A stretch of 64,000 nucleotides of DNA from the NCBI GenBank assembly GCA_965243135.1, contig OZ251539.1:1728001-1792000 (forward strand), given 5' to 3'. The position numbers and the translations under genes were made by a program. The DNA comes from Alphaproteobacteria bacterium (GTDB taxonomy: Bacteria > Pseudomonadota > Alphaproteobacteria > MPNO01 > UBA830). This document shows positions 60,554 through 64,000 of this stretch, piece after piece. The notes below the pieces were generated by a model. That model was not told the origin of the DNA and made no database searches. It worked only from the letters and a program-made list of their open reading frames with translations. The first letter of the stretch is position 1. Each line of letters starts with the position of its first letter.

Positions 60554-61207
60554 ATGAACCTCGACGCGCCCGATGAACGGATTCCGGGCGTTTTCGAGGC
60601 CCGGCAGAAACGCAGCGTGCGGATCCGCGACGCCTACGTGGACGCGGGCGTCGAGATGCTGAACGAGATGCGGTTCGACGATCTGCGCATCTCCGACCTC
60701 GCCCGCGATTGCGGCCGCTCCGTGGGCAGCTTTTACTCGCGGTTCCGCAACAAGGACGCCTATTTCCGCGCGCTCCGCGCGGCGACGATTTCCGCGTGCA
60801 ACGACCAGATCGAACGGCGCGCGGCGCCGCCCGTGCTGTCGGCCATGGAGCCCGGCCAGGCGCTCGACGAGCTCGTCGACCTGATGGCGGACATCTTTTC
60901 CGGCAGATTTCGGGGCGTGCTCCGGGAATCCCTTCTCCGGATTCTCGAACCCGAAGATCCCTGGGCGCCGATGCGCGATTCGGCGCGCCGCGTGATCGGA
61001 TGCCTGCACGAAGCGCTCGACCGGCGGTTTCCGCAGTATTCGCCGGCGGAAGCGAGGCTCAGGTTAAGCTTCTGCTTCCAGATCGTCGTCGGCGTCCTGC
61101 AGAACGACCTCGTCAACGACTATCACGCGTTCTCCACGAAGGATCGCTCGATCCGGCGGGCGCTGAAGGAGGCCGTCAGGCGCTACATGTCCCTCGAGGC
61201 GTCCTGA
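60554..61207 (+). CDS. TetR/AcrR-family transcriptional regulator
   Basis: RQKRS...AG..ML...FDDLRISDLA..CG.SVGSFY.RF.NKD. Start at ATG 60554. Confidence 0.88.
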   Translation: MNLDAPDERIPGVFEARQKRSVRIRDAYVDAGVEMLNEMRFDDLRISDLARDCGRSVGSFYSRFRNKDAYFRALRAATISACNDQIERRAAPPVLSAMEPGQALDELVDLMADIFSGRFRGVLRESLLRILEPEDPWAPMRDSARRVIGCLHEALDRRFPQYSPAEARLRLSFCFQIVVGVLQNDLVNDYHAFSTKDRSIRRALKEAVRRYMSLEAS

Positions 61208-61215
61208 AGGCGGCG

Positions 61216-61944
61216 GTGTTGGAGTTTTCCGAAGCGCAGCTCGCGCTCCATTTCGCGACCTTCTGCGCAGCCGCCCTGCAGACGATCATCGGGATCGGAT
61301 TCGGCGTGGCGGCGGGGCCGGCGCTCATGCTGGCGATGCAGGGCGCCTCCGCCGTCCAGGTATCCGTGCTGTTGAGCTTTCTGGTCTCGGCGGCCTTGTG
61401 CCGCTCGTCCTTCCGGCAAGCGGACAGAATCGCGTTTCGGGATTTTCTCGGCGGCGCCCTTCCCGGCGTTCTTCTCGGCGCGCTGGCCTTTTTCCTGATC
61501 GCCTTCGACCTCCTGAAGACGCTTGCGGGAGCGACGGTGCTGGCGATGCTCGTCCTCACCTTCCTGGCGCCGAAGCGCGCCGGAAGCCGGGACAGCCGTT
61601 CGGGGCGGCTTATGGCCGGCGGCGCCTGCGGATTCCTGACCGCCCTGCTTGCCATGCCCGGACCGCCGCTCGCCGCATATCTGCTGTTCGCGCGAATCGA
61701 CGTCGCCAAGGTCCGGGCGACGACGCTGGCGATGTTCATGTTCGCCTATCCGGCCGCTTTCGCGGCGCAGGCTCTGGCCGCGGGCGTAGAGAAGGCGACC
61801 TTATCGACTGCGGCTGCGCTTGCGCCCGCGGCGCTGCTTGGGGTTTGCTGCGGCGCGCTGCTTGCGAAGCGCGTGTCCGAACGGCTGTTCCGCCAGGTGG
61901 TGAGAGTCGTGCTGCTGATCGCCGGATCGGCGTTGTTGCTCTGA
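61216..61944 (+). CDS. Sulfite exporter TauE/SafE family membrane protein
   Basis: Q.IIGIGFG..A.P, G..PG..LG, AMPGPPL, RAT; about 8 TM helices. Confidence 0.8.
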   Translation: MLEFSEAQLALHFATFCAAALQTIIGIGFGVAAGPALMLAMQGASAVQVSVLLSFLVSAALCRSSFRQADRIAFRDFLGGALPGVLLGALAFFLIAFDLLKTLAGATVLAMLVLTFLAPKRAGSRDSRSGRLMAGGACGFLTALLAMPGPPLAAYLLFARIDVAKVRATTLAMFMFAYPAAFAAQALAAGVEKATLSTAAALAPAALLGVCCGALLAKRVSERLFRQVVRVVLLIAGSALLL

Positions 61945-62043
61945 AGGGATGCCGCCAAAGAACGTTCGCCGCCGCATGGCCCCGGAGCGGCTCGCGCCGG
62001 TGATAGAATGTCCGGCGCGTCCGGCTGAATTGGAGAACGCATC

Positions 62044-62835
62044 GTGGACACGGAATATCAAAATATCGTTACGGAAACGGACGGCGAATTGCTGATCGTG
62101 ACGCTGGAGTGGCCGGAGCGCCTCAACGCGTTGAGTCACCGGATGAGGGTCGATCTGCTCGATTGCGTTCGCCGCGCGGAGGAGGAAGAGACCGTAAGGG
62201 CCATCGTGCTCACGGGCCGCGGCGACAGGGCGTTCTCGGCCGGAGCGAATATTCCGGAACTGGAAGAAAGGAACTTGAGGTCGGAACTCGGGAGCGCGGC
62301 GACGCTCAGAAAGGAATTGCCCACCGCTGTCGAACGCCTCGCGAAGCCGAGCGTGGCCGCGATCAACGGATACTGCTTCGGGGCCGGGCTCGAGCTGGCG
62401 CTTGGTTGCACCATCCGCATCGCCAGCGACAGCGCGACCCTCGCCCAGCCCGAAATCAAACTGGGCCAGATACCCGGAAGCGGCGGCACTCAGCGCCTGT
62501 ACCGGTACGTGGGCCTCGGCTGGGCCATGCAAATGATCCTCACCGGAGAACCGGTGGACGCAAAAACGGCGCTCTCGATCGGATTGGTGACCGAGGTGCT
62601 TCCTCCGAGCGATCTCCTTCCGCGGGCGAAGGCGCTGGCGCGGACGCTCGGCTCGCGGGCGCCGCTGGCCTTCGCCGCCGGCCGGGATGCCGTTCTGCGT
62701 TCGACGGAATCCGACCTGTTGACCGGAATCGATTACGAACGAAAGCTCTACGCCATCTGCGCCGCCACGGAGGACAGCAAGGAAGGTCTCCGGGCCTATG
62801 CCGAGAAGCGTCGACCGGTCTACAAGGGCCGCTGA
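62044..62835 (+). CDS. Enoyl-CoA hydratase/crotonase
   Basis: AFSAGANI, AAING..FGAGLELA, QPEIKLG.IPG.GGTQRL. Confidence 0.92.
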   Translation: MDTEYQNIVTETDGELLIVTLEWPERLNALSHRMRVDLLDCVRRAEEEETVRAIVLTGRGDRAFSAGANIPELEERNLRSELGSAATLRKELPTAVERLAKPSVAAINGYCFGAGLELALGCTIRIASDSATLAQPEIKLGQIPGSGGTQRLYRYVGLGWAMQMILTGEPVDAKTALSIGLVTEVLPPSDLLPRAKALARTLGSRAPLAFAAGRDAVLRSTESDLLTGIDYERKLYAICAATEDSKEGLRAYAEKRRPVYKGR

Positions 62836-62857
62836 CCGGTTTTGCAGGAAGAGGCAG

Positions 62858-64000
62858 ATGCAACCGTCACGGTTCGGAAGAAGCGATATCGAGGCCTTTC
62901 TCGAGGCAGGTTACTGGTCTCGCGAAACGATGGTCGATCGCTACCGGTTCTACGCCGCCGCGCTTCCGGCCAAAGTCGCTTGCCGCGATCCCGCGGAGAC
63001 GCTTACCTGGAAAGAGTTGGACGCCGCCACCGACCGCGTTGCCGCGAGCCTCGTCGAACTCGGACTGGAACGCGATGCGCGGGCTTTGGTCCGGATGCCG
63101 TCCTCGTGTCGGGAAGTCGTACTCAGAATCGCCTTCAAGAAGGCGGGGATCATCGGCGCTTTCGTTCCCCTGCAGTGGCGTCGAAGGGAACTGGATTACG
63201 TCCGGGAGCGGATCGAACCTGCGCTGGCGGTCATGTCGCCCGTCGAGCCGGACGAAACGGCGTCTCTGGACGCAATGTTCGCCGCCGGCTGCCGCATCGA
63301 TCCGACGGACGACCCCTGCGACGGCTGGCTTGCCTGGCGAGAACTCCTGTCGCCCGGCGAACCCGACCGTTCCCGATCTTTCTCGTTCGACGAGGTTTCG
63401 CTCGTTACCGCATCCAGCGGCACCAGCGGCCTCGCCAAGTTGTGCGAATGGCCCGAAGCCGCCCAGATGTGCGTTGCGCGCGGCATTGCGGACAGGATGG
63501 GGATTGTCGCCGAAGACAATGTCGGCGTATTCGCCCCCATGTCGGGAGCCGCCGGGGTAATCGTATGGATAGCGTCCGGTTCGGCGCCGTGCAGCTTCAG
63601 TTTCCCCGGCAGCTATCGTGCGGCCGCATTGCTGGACGACGTTCAACGATGGGGAATCACCGTCGGCACGACAGTGCCGGTAATCCTGGCCCGGCTCGCC
63701 GAAGAGCCTTTGACGTCCTTCGACCTGAGTTCGCTCCGGGCGCTCCGCGTCGGCACCGCGGCGGCGAACATCGACGCGGCGCAGACCTTCGAGCGCCGAA
63801 CCGGATGCAGGGTTGTCGTGGCGTCAGGCAGCATGGAATGCCCCGGTTTCGGGCACGCCGGCGCGGACGAGCCGCAACGCGCGCGGTTGAGCGGCGCCGT
63901 GGGACTGCCCCTCCCCGGCTGCCGGCTTCGGATCGAGGACGAACGGGGCCGGGAACTGCCCGCGGGAAGCGCCGGCGAGCTGAAGGTTTCGGCGCCCTAC
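62858..64000 (+). CDS. AMP-binding acyl/aryl-CoA ligase (3' truncated by window end)
   Basis: Not in the ORF track. Open from ATG 62858 (MQPSRF...EAGYWSRET...LTWKELD) to the window end, with the AMP-binding motif TASSGTSGLAK and VGLPLPG...GEL.V. Confidence 0.85.
   Translation, partial: MQPSRFGRSDIEAFLEAGYWSRETMVDRYRFYAAALPAKVACRDPAETLTWKELDAATDRVAASLVELGLERDARALVRMPSSCREVVLRIAFKKAGIIGAFVPLQWRRRELDYVRERIEPALAVMSPVEPDETASLDAMFAAGCRIDPTDDPCDGWLAWRELLSPGEPDRSRSFSFDEVSLVTASSGTSGLAKLCEWPEAAQMCVARGIADRMGIVAEDNVGVFAPMSGAAGVIVWIASGSAPCSFSFPGSYRAAALLDDVQRWGITVGTTVPVILARLAEEPLTSFDLSSLRALRVGTAAANIDAAQTFERRTGCRVVVASGSMECPGFGHAGADEPQRARLSGAVGLPLPGCRLRIEDERGRELPAGSAGELKVSAPY

Overview
GC-rich bacterial chromosome segment. 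Gene order and sequence style point to Alphaproteobacteria, probably Rhodospirillales-like (inference). 1-30.3 kb is mostly housekeeping: rpiB-glyA-nrdR-ribD-ribE-ribB(X)-ribH-nusB, a BMP-family nucleoside ABC transporter, an RpoH-family sigma factor, a sulfatase, two O-acetylhomoserine sulfhydrylase paralogs, hemB, argC, rplM-rpsI, cutA, an unusual Nfu protein, ispG and thrH. It also holds a tandem pair of uncharacterised ferritin-like diiron proteins behind a near-consensus sigma70 promoter. 30.35-34.29 kb is a nested mobile island with no intact transposase. Two inward-facing copies of the same IS left end (65-bp inverted match, TGT...ACA) bracket a TcmP methyltransferase-fold gene and a DUF5131 Cx6Cx2C gene. 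The left IS-end copy is split by a 1497-bp IS4-like element with a perfect 9-bp target duplication, and this inner element carries a membrane-anchored protein with 87-bp tandem repeats. 34.4-64 kb is a dense catabolic region: two TRAP systems, a Liv-type ABC transporter, ThDP, acyl-CoA dehydrogenase, flavin monooxygenase, TauD, Rieske, GST, MmsB and ALDH genes, an unknown nitroreductase-like operon, TetR, an enoyl-CoA hydratase and a CoA ligase, plus several gene remnants. No rRNA, tRNA or CRISPR array was seen. All calls come from reading motifs by eye; no searches were run.
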